NCBI RefSeq assembly: GCF_001194135.2
Contig: NC_068984.1
Span: forward strand, 49,307,677-49,340,536
Direction of reading: 5' to 3'
DNA: 32,860 nt
From: Octopus bimaculoides
Taxonomy: Eukaryota
Position 1 is the stretch's first letter; each line of letters opens with the position of its first letter. The notes under the pieces are model-generated. The model saw only the letters and a program-made list of their open reading frames with translations. It did no database searches and was not told where the DNA came from. A program made the position numbers and the translations under genes. Shown piece by piece: positions 20,738 through 32,860 of this stretch.

Positions 20738-21072
20738 GTGAAGAGCAGCCAGCATCCGAGCTAGATATTTCAAAGTTACAGCCCTGAAAATATGTTGCGT
20801 GCATGTATGATAAGGATTGGTACATTGGTTGTATCGTTGAGCGCTCAGATGAAAATCATGATGTATTAATCAATTTCATACACCAATCAAACGCAAGACT
20901 TCTATCATGATATTCTTCGATCCGTAACAATGCTTGTTGGGTGCCCTTCCGAAACATTATGTGCTTGGTTTCAGCACCTAAGAAGCGAGAACTGAGAGTC
21001 AGGTTTTATAAGCTTACCCCTGAGGATGCTGCCTTCATCCAGAAGAGAATGTCATCATTTATATCTAGTTAA
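20738..21072 (+). pseudogene. Orphan terminal exon encoding a small aromatic beta-rich domain (probably a transposase C-terminus)
   Basis: Acceptor TTTTTTATCTTTCAAG|G, then EEQPASELDISKLQP*KYVACMYDKDWYIGCIVERSDENHDVLINFIHQSNARLLS*YSSIRNNACWVPFRNIMCLVSAPKKRELRVRFYKL...*. One frame for about 110 codons, with two TGA stops where G and W are expected. Confidence 0.55.
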
Positions 21073-21084
21073 GTTTACAGAAAC

Positions 21085-21371
21085 AATCTAAAAACAGAAA
21101 CAATCTAAAAACAGAAACAATTCCTATCATAGTAGGCGCATTAGGATTGATAAAAAAGAATATTCAGACAAATACATAACAAAAATACCAAGACTTACAA
21201 ATATATATAATATACAGAAAATTGCACTACTGGGCACTGCACACGTCCTACGCAAAACACTTTCAATACAGTAAGCATAAGAGCATCACAGCAAACCACA
21301 GCACATACCCAAGGCACACAGAGCTGCGCTCGGTAGTGAAGTGAAAGTACGCTATAATGATAAAACTACTG
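21085..21371 (+). mobile_element. Dong/R4-type LINE, short 3' fragment A
   Basis: NLKTETIPIIVGALG...QKIALLGTAHVLRKTLSIQ* plus a ~100-nt 3' UTR homologous to 24790-25052 and 25630-25894. Followed by (AAT)n. Confidence 0.85.
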
Positions 21372-21396
21372 AATAATAATAATAACAATAATAATA

Positions 21397-21427
<31 letters not shown>

Positions 21428-21428
21428 T
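21372..21428. repeat. (AAT)n microsatellite
   Basis: Direct inspection. Confidence 0.95.
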
Positions 21429-24400
21429 GAAAAACACATGCAAAACCACTTAACACCAGAAATGAACGGACCGTACCCTACGGAAATGGTGACCATCAAA
21501 ATAAAGGGCCGTATGTTATTCCTCATGTCCCGCAAATAAAATAAAAAATGCATAAATGGACACGTGGCGACTATCTTTCAATCCTACACGCTTATTTTAC
21601 AGCAATGCTCTACCGACAGAATGAAAACACAATAACATATGCATATAAAATCTGAAAGGAAAATAACCTAGACAAAAATTTGGACACAGCAATGAACCCT
21701 AATAAACTAGCTAACATACGGAGATATATTCTCAAAACCAAAAAATAATATCAGAAATAGAAATAGAACACTTAAAAGGAAAAATATATAAGGAAAACAT
21801 AGATAGTAACCACACAGAAATGCCAAATGATATAATAAGCACCGGGGTCCAACAAAAACGAAGTAAACAACAAACCCAGACTGTAGGAATGTATAATGAT
21901 GAGCAAAATGCACCAAACCAGAACACCACAGACAAAAATATGAATAGGAGGGAATACGAAACAAATCTATAACCTGGAAGCAGTGAAAGTGAAACTAATG
22001 ATTATGGTACTCTAAAAATGAGCATAATCAAAGAATTGAAAGCCACAAATCTCAGTATGGACCACCGATTGTACCTCCTAAAAATTGAAATCGTTAATAA
22101 AACATCAATAATAACTAGCATGAACCTGGCCACCACAGAACTAATAGCCACAGAAACAAATGTGAATACGACCAGGCTAAATAATATATATGCAGCAGCC
22201 TCTATGGCCAGAGAAGAAGCTGGATACCCACTAAAACCCATCCAGACAGGAGTATCACCACCTAAACAAACCCTGTGGATAAACGATATCGAGAAAAAAT
22301 AAAAAATAAGAGAAAGGATCTGTCAATCCTTAATGAAACTAGTAGACAATCAACACTACTAAGCAAGAAGAGGAGGAAAATACTACGTAAGTACAAAATT
22401 ACAGAACAAGGTATACCTGAGGTAAAAGAATAGCTAAAGCAAGATATCGTCGTCAAACCACAAAGAATCAGCTAGTATAAGAAACACCAACGTTCCTTTG
22501 AACAAAACAAACGGTTCAACTCCAATTCCAAAAGATCCTACCAAGAACTTGGCAAAAATAAAGTAGAGATCAATGCAGCACCAACAGCAGTAGAAGTGAA
22601 AGAATTTTGGAAAGAAATATGGTCGGCGAAGGAACAACCTCAGAAAAGGTGTATCAAAACAATGAACACAGCACCTGAGCATCTCTGGAATCCTATAACA
22701 ATTGAAGAGGTCACCCAGGCACTTTAAAATCTAAGCAACTGAAAGTCACCCAACTTCTAATTGAAATACCTAACAGGAACACATAAAAAGCTGGCTGAGA
22801 AATTTAATGAAATACTAACAGAGCCAGAGACAATGCCTGAATGGCTCACAGAAGGGAAAACTATCCTAATTCCCAAATCCATTGAAACAGCAAACCCACA
22901 AAATTATAAACTGATAACTTGTCTCCCTACACTTCACAAAGCTTTTACTGCAATAATATCGCTGCGAATGAGCAAGCATCTGGAAGAAAACAACCTGTTT
23001 CCAGAAGAGCAGAAAAGATGCTGCAAGAGTTCATATGGCAGTAAAGATTAGCAACTGATCAATAAAGCCATAACTGAAGGCAGCCGTAGAAATAAGAAGG
23101 GTCTAAGTATGGCTTGGATCGATTATCGAAAGGCCTTTGATAGTATTCCCCACATATGGATCCTGGAAACTCTAGCCATGAACAAGGTAGCACTAATAAT
23201 CATAAAATATATCAAACATTCCATGAATAAATGGCAGACAGTGCTACAGCTCCAGACAAAAGAGGGACTCATAAAAGCCAAAGCCATCCCCATTAGAAGA
23301 GGAATATTCCGTGGAGACATGCTCTCTCAACTCCTTTTCTGCTTGGCACTGACACCTTTATCTGACATGCTAAAGTGTGGATACAACTGTTATAGAAAAG
23401 CAATTGCCACCTCTTATATATGGATGATCTAAAACTATATGCTACAAATCATAAACAGCTGAAAACATTACAACAGACACTACATGGATTTACCAAGGAA
23501 ATAAACATGAAATTTGGCTTAGAAAAATGTGCCTAAGTAGCCTTGAAAAGAGGAAAACTAGCTAAGAGTAGCAACATCACACTAGATAAAGCCAATGAAA
23601 TAAAAGAATTAGACCAAAGCCAGATATACAAATACTTAGGAATCAATGAAATAGATATGATACAACATGCACAAATGAAAGAGGAGATAAAGGAATACTA
23701 TAGACGAGTTACATCAATACTGCAAACAGAGCGCAATGTGAAAAACAAGATAATAGGTACCAACACTCTAGCCATCCCAGTTATAAGTTACAGCTACAAT
23801 ATTCTTAACTGGACTCTAAATGAACTAATCAAAATAGACAGGAAAACAAGAAAAATAATGACAGGATTTATGATGCACCACCCAAATTCTGACATAGAAA
23901 GGTTATATATAGAAAGTATGGAAGGTAGTAGAGGCCTTATACAGCTAGAAAACTATTACAAAATAACCAACATAGGACTACAGAAATACCTACTTCAGAA
24001 GCAAGGAAAACTAATTCACAAAACACGAACAAAACAAAGAAATGTTTTCAGTCTTTAAGGAAGCTGACAAATATGAAAAAGAAGCCATAGTACCTAACAA
24101 CTATGAAGAAAAAGAAGAAACAACAAAAGCTGTAAAACAACTGAAATCCAAACTAGATCTGGAACAGCATCGTATCATGATAAAACAATGGCAAGAAAAG
24201 CCCCTTCATGGCAAATACTGGGTTTAACTAAATGCAAAAGAAAGAGACAAAGCAAAATCCCAACAATGGCTGAGAAACTCAGGACTTAAAGCAGAGACTG
24301 AAGGATATTTAATTGCAGCACAAACCAAAGCCTCCCCACCAGAAATGACCAAATACATATAATGAAAAGAAACATAACGAGTAACTGCACAATATGTGGC

Positions 24401-25052
24401 GATGGACAAGAAACAATAAATCATATTATCTCTGGCTGCCCAGTCCTGGCTAAGAAGTAATATATTCACAGATATGACAGAGTTAGGATCTATATACACT
24501 GGAAGTTATGCCAACACTATGGAATAACAACAGAAAAAAGATGGTATAAGCACACACCAGAAAAGGTCACAGAAAGTGAGAAAGCAACCATACTATGGGA
24601 TATGCTAATACACATAGATAGAGATATTAAGGCCAATAAGGCAGATATAGTTGTCAGAAATCTTCAAGAAAAAAATGCTTTCTAATCAATGTATCAATAC
24701 CCACAGCTGACAATGTTATTCTAAAAGAAACGGGGAAACTTTCAAAATTCAAAGATCTTGAAATAGAGATAACTCAAATGTGAAATCTAAAAACAGAAAC
24801 AATTCCTATCATAGTAGGTGCAGTAGGTATGATAGAAAAATATTCAAACAAATACATAACAAAAACACCAGAACTAACAAGTATATATAACATACAGAAA
24901 ATAGCACTACTAGGTACCGGACACAGCCTATGGAAAACACTTTCAATACAGTAAAAATAAGAGCATCACAACAAACCACAGCACATACCCAAGGCACACA
25001 GTGCTGTGCTTGGTTGTGCAGTGAAAGCATGTGATAAAAATAAGACTCCTGC
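21429..25052 (+). mobile_element. Dong/R4-clade RLE non-LTR retrotransposon B, near full length, degraded
   Basis: N-terminus KWTRGDYLSILHAY..NKLANIRRYI. RT motifs WLTEGKTILIPK..ITCLPTLHK, MAWIDYRKAFDSIPH, IRRGIFRGDMLS.LLFCLAL and LLYMDDLKLYA. CCHC finger C..CG..QETI.HIISGC. Restriction-like endonuclease region (ADIV..LINVSIP..KDLEIEI). Flanked by (AAT)n on both sides. Confidence 0.9.
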
Positions 25053-25107
<55 letters not shown>

Positions 25108-25110
25108 TAA
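25053..25110. repeat. (AAT)n microsatellite
   Basis: Direct inspection. Confidence 0.95.
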
Positions 25111-25116
25111 AATAAT

Positions 25117-25387
25117 GAAATAGAAATTAGCAAAATGTGGAACCTGAAGACTAAAACAATACCTATTGTCATAGGTGCCCTGGGAATGACATCGAAACGG
25201 GCTGATTACTACCTAGCTCAGATACCAGAAAACCCCAAAATGGCTGAAGTTCAAAAGATAGTGCTCATGGGAACTGCCCATATCCTACGTAAAATACTGT
25301 CTATGTGATCTCAAATTTTAAAACAAACACATAATTTTCTTATGGTTTCTTAAACATTCTCTAGAACAACACTATGTACAAATCCAA
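25117..25387 (+). mobile_element. Dong/R4-type LINE 3' fragment C (different subfamily)
   Basis: EIEISKMWNLKTKTIPIVIGALG..QKIVLMGTAHILRKILSM*, with a 3' UTR unlike A, B and D. Runs into a gap. Confidence 0.8.
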
Positions 25388-25482
25388 NNNNNNNNNNNNN
25401 NNNNNNNNNNNNNNNNNNNNNNNNNNNNNNNNNNNNNNNNNNNNNNNNNNNNNNNNNNNNNNNNNNNNNNNNNNNNNNNNNN
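25388..25482. other. Assembly gap (N run)
   Basis: Run of N. Confidence 1.
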
Positions 25483-25547
<65 letters not shown>

Positions 25548-25549
<2 letters not shown>

Positions 25550-25894
25550 CAGCAGATGACAACATTTCTCTAAAAGAAATGGAGAAACTTTCAAAATACA
25601 AAGACCTGGAAATAACTCGAATGTGGAATCTAAAAACAGAAACAATTCCTATCATAGTAGGTGCCTTAGTTATAATAAAAAAATATTCAGACAAATACGT
25701 AACAAAAACACCAGGACTTACAAATATATATAACATACAGAAAATAGCACAACTAGGCACCGGACACATTCTATGGAAAACACTTTCAATACAGTAACCA
25801 TTAGAGCATCACAACAAACCACAGCACATACCCAAGGCACACAGAGCTGTCCTCGGTAGTGAAGTGAAAGCACGTTATAAATATAAAACTACTG
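25548..25894 (+). mobile_element. Dong/R4-type LINE 3' fragment D
   Basis: KEMEKLSKYKDLEITRMWNLKTETIPIIVGAL..QKIAQLGTGHILWKTLSIQ* plus 3' UTR. (AAT)n on both sides (25483-25547 and 25895-25970). Confidence 0.85.
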
Positions 25895-25907
25895 AATAAT
25901 AATAATA

Positions 25908-25956
<49 letters not shown>

Positions 25957-25970
25957 CAACAACAATAATA

Positions 25971-27015
25971 ACCTGTTGTACATGAAGAGAGACAGGGTGG
26001 AAGAAGCTTAATTGCTGTGGTAGAGTGTGTACAAATGGAAAGAAAAAGTCTACCAGAATATTTATAGCCCCACATGGTGCAGAGAAGTTAGTAAGGTCAA
26101 TGAATAAAGAAAAAGGTGATCAAGAGTGGAAAAGGAGAAAAGGTAAAGAATGAAATTCAAAGAGAGCATTGAAATTCAAAGAGTTAAACATGTTGATGAT
26201 AAACCTTTGCATGATCAGTTTTGGAAAGCCACTAAGAATATATGAAGATCAAAAATCAGTGATGGGCTGAAGAAAGGCAAATGAAAAAAAGAAACAGAGA
26301 GCCTTATTATAGCAGCTCAAGATCAAGTGTAAAAAGCATCAACTTGAGAAAATATGTGTATGGGGGAAAAAGTGTGATGAAAATGTAGAATAGACGTAGA
26401 TGAAACGATGGCTGCTGCAGAATGTTCAAAGTTGGATCAGAAAGAATATAAGAAATAGCGGCATGACCAAGTTGTGAAAGTTTTGCACTGGAATTTTTGT
26501 CAGAAATGGGAGTTTTAAAAAGAGCTTGAGTTGAAGATATGCAAGATTTTTATTGGATTTTTAAAATTTAAATGGTTAAGATGCAAAGTATAAAACCAGC
26601 TACAACAATAACAGATAAGAAAAAGTGAAGTAGCTTCCTGATTGATCCATTATGTCTGTTTGATTCCAGGATTGTAAAGAAAGAAGACAAAGAATTAAAC
26701 AAATATAATCCCTTAAAATTTGGAATTGCGAGAATTTCAAATGTGAAAACTGAAAAGGTAGTGACTGTAATAATTGGTGCATTAAGGACTGAGAATTGAT
26801 ATCGACAAACGGTTGAAGGAGACTGGAATGGAATGCTCTGTAGAGCATCTACAGAAACTTTCCACCTTAGGAACAGGACAGATTATCCAAGGGTTTTGAG
26901 CATTTCAAAGATCAGTGAATGATTGTCAGTATATAAGTTTACAAGTAGTAACCTATAACTCACATAATTTCCACCAGGAATAAGATCAAACCTGAGTCAA
27001 GTTGCATAAAAATAA
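25971..27015 (+). mobile_element. Older, more degraded R4/Dong-like LINE 3' part E
   Basis: Fragments resembling LYM.R..G.R.L, KPLHDQF, KKETESLIIAAQDQ, RHDQVVKVLHW and V.VIIGAL in broken frames. Starts directly after the (AAT/AAC)n repeat. Confidence 0.6.
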
Positions 27016-27331
27016 TAGGGATACAGTAAATATATACATATATGTATATGTATACACACACACAAACACATGCATGTATATATTTTGTATGCATGTATGT
27101 ATGTATGTAGTTTCAATTATATAGGTTTTTAGGCTGTTACCTTCACACATCAACAGTCATGAGTATATTTCTTTGCTGCAATCAAATTTTTAACCATTAA
27201 GTTTTTATGTCAATAGCCATGTGTTAATGTTTATATATTTTGTATTACACAATGCATACATGTATATATAAATACATATGCATGTGTATATGTATATATA
27301 CATGGATACATACATGGATGGATATATACAT

Positions 27332-27376
<45 letters not shown>

Positions 27377-27700
27377 NNNNNNNNNNNNNNNNNNNNNNNN
27401 NNNNNNNNNNNNNNNNNNNNNNNNNNNNNNNNNNNNNNNNNNNNNNNNNNNNNNNNNNNNNNNNNNNNNNNNNNNNNNNNNNNNNNNNNNNNNNNNNNNN
27501 NNNNNNNNNNNNNNNNNNNNNNNNNNNNNNNNNNNNNNNNNNNNNNNNNNNNNNNNNNNNNNNNNNNNNNNNNNNNNNNNNNNNNNNNNNNNNNNNNNNN
27601 NNNNNNNNNNNNNNNNNNNNNNNNNNNNNNNNNNNNNNNNNNNNNNNNNNNNNNNNNNNNNNNNNNNNNNNNNNNNNNNNNNNNNNNNNNNNNNNNNNNN
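27377..27700. other. Assembly gap flanked by (TA)n
   Basis: Run of N. Confidence 1.
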
Positions 27701-29045
27701 TATATAGTATAGTTAACTGGAGGATACATGAAGGAGTCATACCCAATGACTGGTGTAGCAACACCATATTCAACTGCTACAAAGATAAAGGTGACGCTTT
27801 AGGTACAAATAATTACAGAGGTATCAAGTTGTTGGATCAGGTAATGAAGGTTATGGAGAGGGTCATAGCCCAACAAATTAGGGAGAGAGTCAGTTTAGAT
27901 GAGATGCAGTTTGGGTTCGTGCCAGGGAAAAGAAACACTGATGCTATATTTCTGGTAAGACAGCTGCAGGACAAATACCTAGCCAAAGATAAAACTCTGT
28001 AACCTGGCTTTCGTTGACATGGAGAAAGCCTTTGACAGAGTCCCCCAATCCCTTATCTGGTGGTCAATGAGGAAACTAGGGTTAGTGAGAGCTGTGCAAG
28101 CCATGTACAGGGACGCTGTCAGTAAGGTGAGGGTTGGCAACGAGTACAGTGAAGAATTCTGGGTAGAGGTAGGGGTCCACCAAGGTTCAGTCCTCAGCCC
28201 CCTCCTATTTATCATAGTCCTCCAGGCAATAACAGAGGAATTCAAGCCCCTGGGAACTCCTCTATGCTGATGACCTTGCTCTAATTGCTGAGTCACTATC
28301 AGAACTAGAGAGATTTCAGGTGTGGAAGCAAGGATCAGAACAGAAGGGCTTTAGAGTCAACCTAACTAAAATCAAAGTCCTAATAAGTAGGAAGGCAGAC
28401 AAACCACAAATCCCTGCTCGATCTGTAGAAAAGGCGTAGGTAGAAACTCTATAAGATGTATCCAGTGTAAGCTATGGACATATAAGAGATGCAGCAATAT
28501 CAAAAGAAGGCTAACGAGGAAGATATTTTTTTTTCTAAGTGGCTGATGCTCAGGAGCAATAAACACTGAAAATGTGCAGAGAACAACTTCTGCCACATTC
28601 CAGGGAAAAAGACCAGAAATAGTTGATAGCTTACATTACCTAGGTGACCAAGTCAGTAGCGAAGGTGGATGCACTGAAAGTGTAGCTGCTAGAATATGAA
28701 TAGCCTGGGCAAAGTTCAGAGAGCTCTTACTTCTGTTGGTGACAAAGGCCTCTCGTTCAGAGAAAAAGGTAGACTGTATGACGCATGTGTACGAACAGCC
28801 ATGCTACATGGCAATGAAACATGGGCCATGACTGCTGCGGACATGTGTAAGCTTGCAAGGAATGAAGCCAGTATGCTCCGCTGGATGTGTGATGTCAGTG
28901 TGCATACTCGACAGAGTGTAAGTACCTGGAGAGAAAAGTTGGACCTAAGAAGCATCAGTTGTGGTGTGCAAGAGAGATGACTGCACTGGTATGGTCATGT
29001 GGCAAGAATGGATGAGGATGGTGTGTGAAAAAGTGCCACACCCAG
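27701..29045 (+). mobile_element. RTE-clade LINE reverse transcriptase region, degraded
   Basis: IPNDWCSNTIFNCYKDKGDA..NYRGIKLLDQVMKVMERV..QFGFVPGK..DAIFLVRQLQ; AFVDMEKAFDRVP; GVHQGSVLSPLLF; LLYADDLAL; YLGDQV; LYDACVRTAMLHGNETW; LHWYGHV. Multiple stops and frameshifts. Confidence 0.9.
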
Positions 29046-29135
29046 TTGTCAAGCAGTGGTGGGTGATAGATACAGCTACAAAGACATATACAAGTATTTA
29101 TATGTGAGTATCTGGTTTCTTTCAATATCTGTTTA

Positions 29136-29262
29136 CCAGATCTACTCAAGAATTTGCTAGGTCCAAAGCTATAATAGAAGACACTTGCCCAAGGTGTCAT
29201 GCTGTGGGACTGAACCTGGAACCATGTGATTGGGAAGCAACCTTCTTACTACACAGCCATGC
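29136..29262 (-). mobile_element. SINE family A 5' fragment, diverged
   Basis: Reverse complement reads GGCATGGCTGTGTAGTAAGAAGGTTGCTTCCCAATCACATGGTTCCAGGTTCAGTCCC...CACCTTGGGCAAGTGTCTTCTA. Confidence 0.8.
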
Positions 29263-29267
29263 CAGCA

Positions 29268-29285
29268 ACTAGATAAATAGATAGA

Positions 29286-29317
<32 letters not shown>

Positions 29318-29340
29318 TAGACAGACAGACAGACAGACAG

Positions 29341-29427
<87 letters not shown>
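29268..29427. repeat. (TAGA)n-(GACA)n-(CA)n compound microsatellite
   Basis: Direct inspection. Confidence 0.95.
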
Positions 29428-29431
<4 letters not shown>

Positions 29432-30706
29432 GTGTCCATAAGGTCACATTAAAATTTCAAAAATTTATTGCAAAGGCAATTGATGGAATGTTTATCAGAT
29501 TTGTTTTATGTAACCAGTGGTTTTCAATCATATTGAATTTGTATTTTTCAGGTACCATGATGATGGAAATGGTTCTGTTAAATGAAACCCTAAAAGAATG
29601 GCTACTCCTCAATAAAAAAGCAACAATGTGTATTGTGCTTTATTGAAACAAAATTGGACATGCAGACCCAATAACACTACAGGATTAAGTATGGAATACC
29701 TCCAGCAACACATCTATCAATTCGTGCTTGGCAGAAAAAATTTATGGAAAGAGGAACAGCGTTGGATAAAGGGAGGAGTGGACGACCAAAATTAACATCG
29801 ATCATATAAGACAAGCCTTTGCTATTTCTCCTACAAAGTCCATACATGCTGCTGCCAGACAGTTACAGCTACTATGTTCAATAGTGCACAAAGTCCTCTT
29901 ACAAAGTGTTACTCTTAGAGGCACTTGAACCAAATGATAAACCAAGACAAAAAGAATTTGCAGTTAACATGATGGATCAAATTTCTGAGGATTCAGCGTT
30001 CCTCACCTGAGTTTCTTTTAGCAATGAGGCAACCTTACATGTTTCAGGGAAACTGAACACACATAATGTGAGAATCTGGGTTTCAGACCACCTCCATGTG
30101 ACTAGGGAACTTTGCCAAGATAGTCCAAAGATGAATGTCTGGTGTGGGATGATGTCCATTTTACTTCACAGAGAGATCAATTTCTGCCAATATTTACCTT
30201 GACCTTTTCAATGAATATCTGACACCACAACTGGATGACCTTCAACCAACCATCATTTTCCAGCAGGAAGGTGAACCACTACATTGAGAAATGCTTATTC
30301 ATGGGTTCCTAAATCAAACATTTCCAGACCAGTGGACTGGAAGGGATACCTCAATTCCCTGGCCACCTCATTCCACAGATATCCCTCGGTTGGACATTTT
30401 TTTATGGGATTATGCTGAAGACATTGTGTATCAGACAAAGATACAAGACATGAATGACTTGAAGCAAAGTAATCCTGAATTCCATAGCCACCATTGATAA
30501 GTCTATGCTACAGCAAACATGGCAAGAAATTGTTTATCACCTTGAAGTTCTTCAAGCAACTAATGGTGCCCATATAGAGATGTTTTAAATGAAGCAAAAA
30601 ACTTCAATATCTACTCCACATTTTCTAATAATTTTCACAGATTTATCTATTTATTTGCTTCCATAATAAATTTTTGAAAGTGTTAAAAGACTTTATGGAC
30701 ACCCTG
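29428..30706 (+). mobile_element. Full-length Tc1/mariner transposon, DD41D (rosa/VS) type, inactive
   Basis: TIRs of about 42 bp (CAGGGTGTCCATAA...TTTCAAAAATTTATT), TA at the 3' side, 1279 bp long. Transposase remnants: SIRAWQKKFMERG, GRSGRP, F(S)NEATLHVSGKLNTHNVRIW and QQ[E]G...WTGR..WPPHSTDIPRLD. There are 41 residues between the second and third acidic positions. Confidence 0.9.
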
Positions 30707-30720
30707 TATGTATATATATG

Positions 30721-30776
<56 letters not shown>

Positions 30777-30780
30777 CATA
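30707..30780. repeat. (TA)n-rich microsatellite between two mariners
   Basis: Direct inspection. Confidence 0.95.
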
Positions 30781-31998
30781 TTGGGTCATTTTATTTTTCA
30801 AAATTAAGATAAGCAAAGTTTTCTTTTAATCTAAAATATGCTCTCCTTCATTTTCTACAATGCTTTTCCATCTATCTGGTAGACTTGCAAGGCCCTTCTA
30901 AAATTCACTTGTGTGTGATGAAAAGTACTCCTCCAGTACTGTTCTGACATCATCTATAGAATTCATATTTTTTCCATCCAAATAATTTTGAAGTCTGCGG
31001 AAGATTTGATGATCAGATGGGGCAATGTCCAGCAAATATGGTGAGTGGAGCATCATTTCCCATTCAAACTGCTCCAGCCTTTGGAATATCATCCTTGCAG
31101 TATGTAGCCAAGTATTATCCTGATAGAACACCTGTCATCTTGAAACCAAAGATGGTCGTTTTTCTTCTAGCACTGACTTAAACCTCTCAAACTGCTCAGA
31201 GTAGATCATCTTTGTTATTGGCTGGTTTGGGTATAAAAGTTCAAAGTGGACTAAACCTTTCATGTCCAACAAACAGACAACACCTTATGTGAGTGAAGAC
31301 CTTCTTTAGCCTGGGGTGCCGGTGTTCCTTTCCCTACCCACTGTCTTCAACACTTGACATTTTTATAGAGAACCCATTTCTCATCACCAGTTACTATTCA
31401 GTTCAAAAAAAGGTTCATTCATGAGACATGGCAGCAGAGAAGAGCACAAATTCACCCTCTGCATGCAATTAGACTCAGAAAGTTTGTGAGGAACCCATTG
31501 ACCCAATTTGCTGACTTTTCTGTTGGCTTACAGGTGTCGATGAATGGTTGAATGACCAAATCCAAGCTTCTCTGCTAGTTCCTCAACTGTTACGATGAGG
31601 ACATCCTCATCGTGCTCTACAGATCTTCCAGGATGAGGCTCATCTTCTAGGCTGTAGTTTTCAGCTCTGAATTTCTGGAACTGTTGACACTGGCTTATGC
31701 TTATTGTCTGATCCCCATATACTGCATTAATGTTCCTTGCACTTTCTGTCGCGTTGTTACCTTTATTGAACTCATAAAGCAAAATATGCCAAATATGCTC
31801 CTTTGTCATTTCCTTAATTGCTTTGAAAAAATAACTGTTAAAATTGAATTGCATTCTTCAAAACTTGCATTAAGAATAAGCACAAGGTAAAATTACCGCT
31901 TGCTGTTACAGCAAGTTGATGCAGGTAGTTTATCCCATCTCTCTCTGACTTTTAGTTCATGCAATTGAAACAACTGCATTATTTATGGGATGACCCAA
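30781..31998 (-). mobile_element. Full-length mariner (DD34D-type) transposon, inactive
   Basis: TA-flanked termini TTGGGTCAT at both ends, 1218 bp. MTKEHIWHILLYEFNKGNNATESARNIN..EDEPHPGR..VTVEELAEKLG..STIHRHL; QDNTWLH..HSPYLLDIAPSDHQIFRRLQNYL (from HPPYSPDLAPSD). Confidence 0.9.
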
Positions 31999-32174
31999 TA
32001 TATATTTATATATTTATATATATATCTAATGTAAATAAATGCAAAAACTAATTTCTGTGTGTCAGTGTGTCACACTTTGACTCCCTCTCTCACTATTTAA
32101 TGAGACTCCTACTAATGCACATGTTGGAGTGAGAATAATAGTAAGCAGAGAGACGGTGAAGGCGGTGGTGTAGA

Positions 32175-32640
32175 CAGACAGAGTGAGAGAGAGAGAGAGA
32201 GAAAGAGAGGGAGAGAAAGAGAGACAAATTTAGGCAAAATTGATGATGTTTTATTAAAAGTAGTAGAGTTCATGGTGGCAGTGGGAGTAATAATAAGAGA
32301 GAGAGAGAGAAAGAGTGGGTATGTGAGAGAAAGAGGGACTGAACACTGAACTAACATACTGAACAAACACACGCATTTAGCTTTTTTGTGATGGGAATGG
32401 GGTGACAGTAAAAGTATGAGCTGTAGTTCTTATGGAGGCAGAGGTGGCGGTGATGATGGTGATGGTGGTGGTAGCCAAGGTAGTCAGGGATGATGCTGAG
32501 AGTAAGCGATGTGAAAGACAGTGGTGATGGTGGTGGAAGGGAAGGTGACAAAGTCAAAGGTATTGATGGTGGTGGCGTCAGATGTCTGAATGGTGTGTGT
32601 ATGGCGGATGTTTTGTCGATGGTGGTACTACTGTTGTTTA
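32175..32640. repeat. (GA)n and GGT/GAT-rich low-complexity tract
   Basis: Direct inspection. Confidence 0.75.
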
Positions 32641-32860
32641 TCATGCAGCTTTGCAGTAAATTATATCAACAAATTATATCAAGTCAACAAATTATATCAT
32701 TGTTTTGATAAAAATTGTTCATTACTTGAAAAATATTTTTGAAGTTTAATAAAATATAATATGTACTCAATGCATGAGGTGTCATTGTTGGGCCCAAGGC
32801 CTAATGAAGATCCCTCCACAGGAGCTACCTTAAAAGCTGCCCAATAGGGCGGCTTTTAAG

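Noticed and set aside
21263-26075. Poly-Leu, poly-Asn, poly-Tyr and poly-Ile ORFs
   Set aside because: These are translations of (AAT)n microsatellites, not genes.
10389-27773. Long ORFs of 140-295 aa containing X runs
   Set aside because: They are open only because they cross N gaps and microsatellites.
32351-32708. His-rich and Gly-rich ORFs near the window end
   Set aside because: They are translations of GGT/GAT low-complexity sequence with no domain or splice support.

Overview
AT-rich eukaryotic, repeat-saturated sequence with four assembly gaps and many microsatellites. It is most likely an octopus genome; this is inferred from SINE sequences I recognise from memory and is not verified here. 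I see no intact host gene and no prokaryotic features. The window is a mosaic of decayed transposons: RTE and CR1 LINE fragments, a Ty3/Gypsy LTR with PBS and gag start, a pogo-like DDE_1 transposon with an intron, a cluster of five Dong/R4-type RLE LINEs in (TAA)n repeats, two full-length Tc1/mariner elements (DD41D and DD34D) and several tRNA-derived SINEs. The most notable signal is four mutually very divergent copies (three near complete, about 1.5-1.65 kb) of an element that encodes only a Tx1/L1-like ORF1 (RRM-like region plus CCHC knuckle). ORF1 is followed by a small unrecognised domain and a hairpin+AATAAA tail, with no endonuclease or reverse transcriptase. One copy is flanked by a 19-bp direct repeat. 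This looks like a family of non-autonomous 'half-LINE' retrotransposons, analogous to mammalian HAL1.
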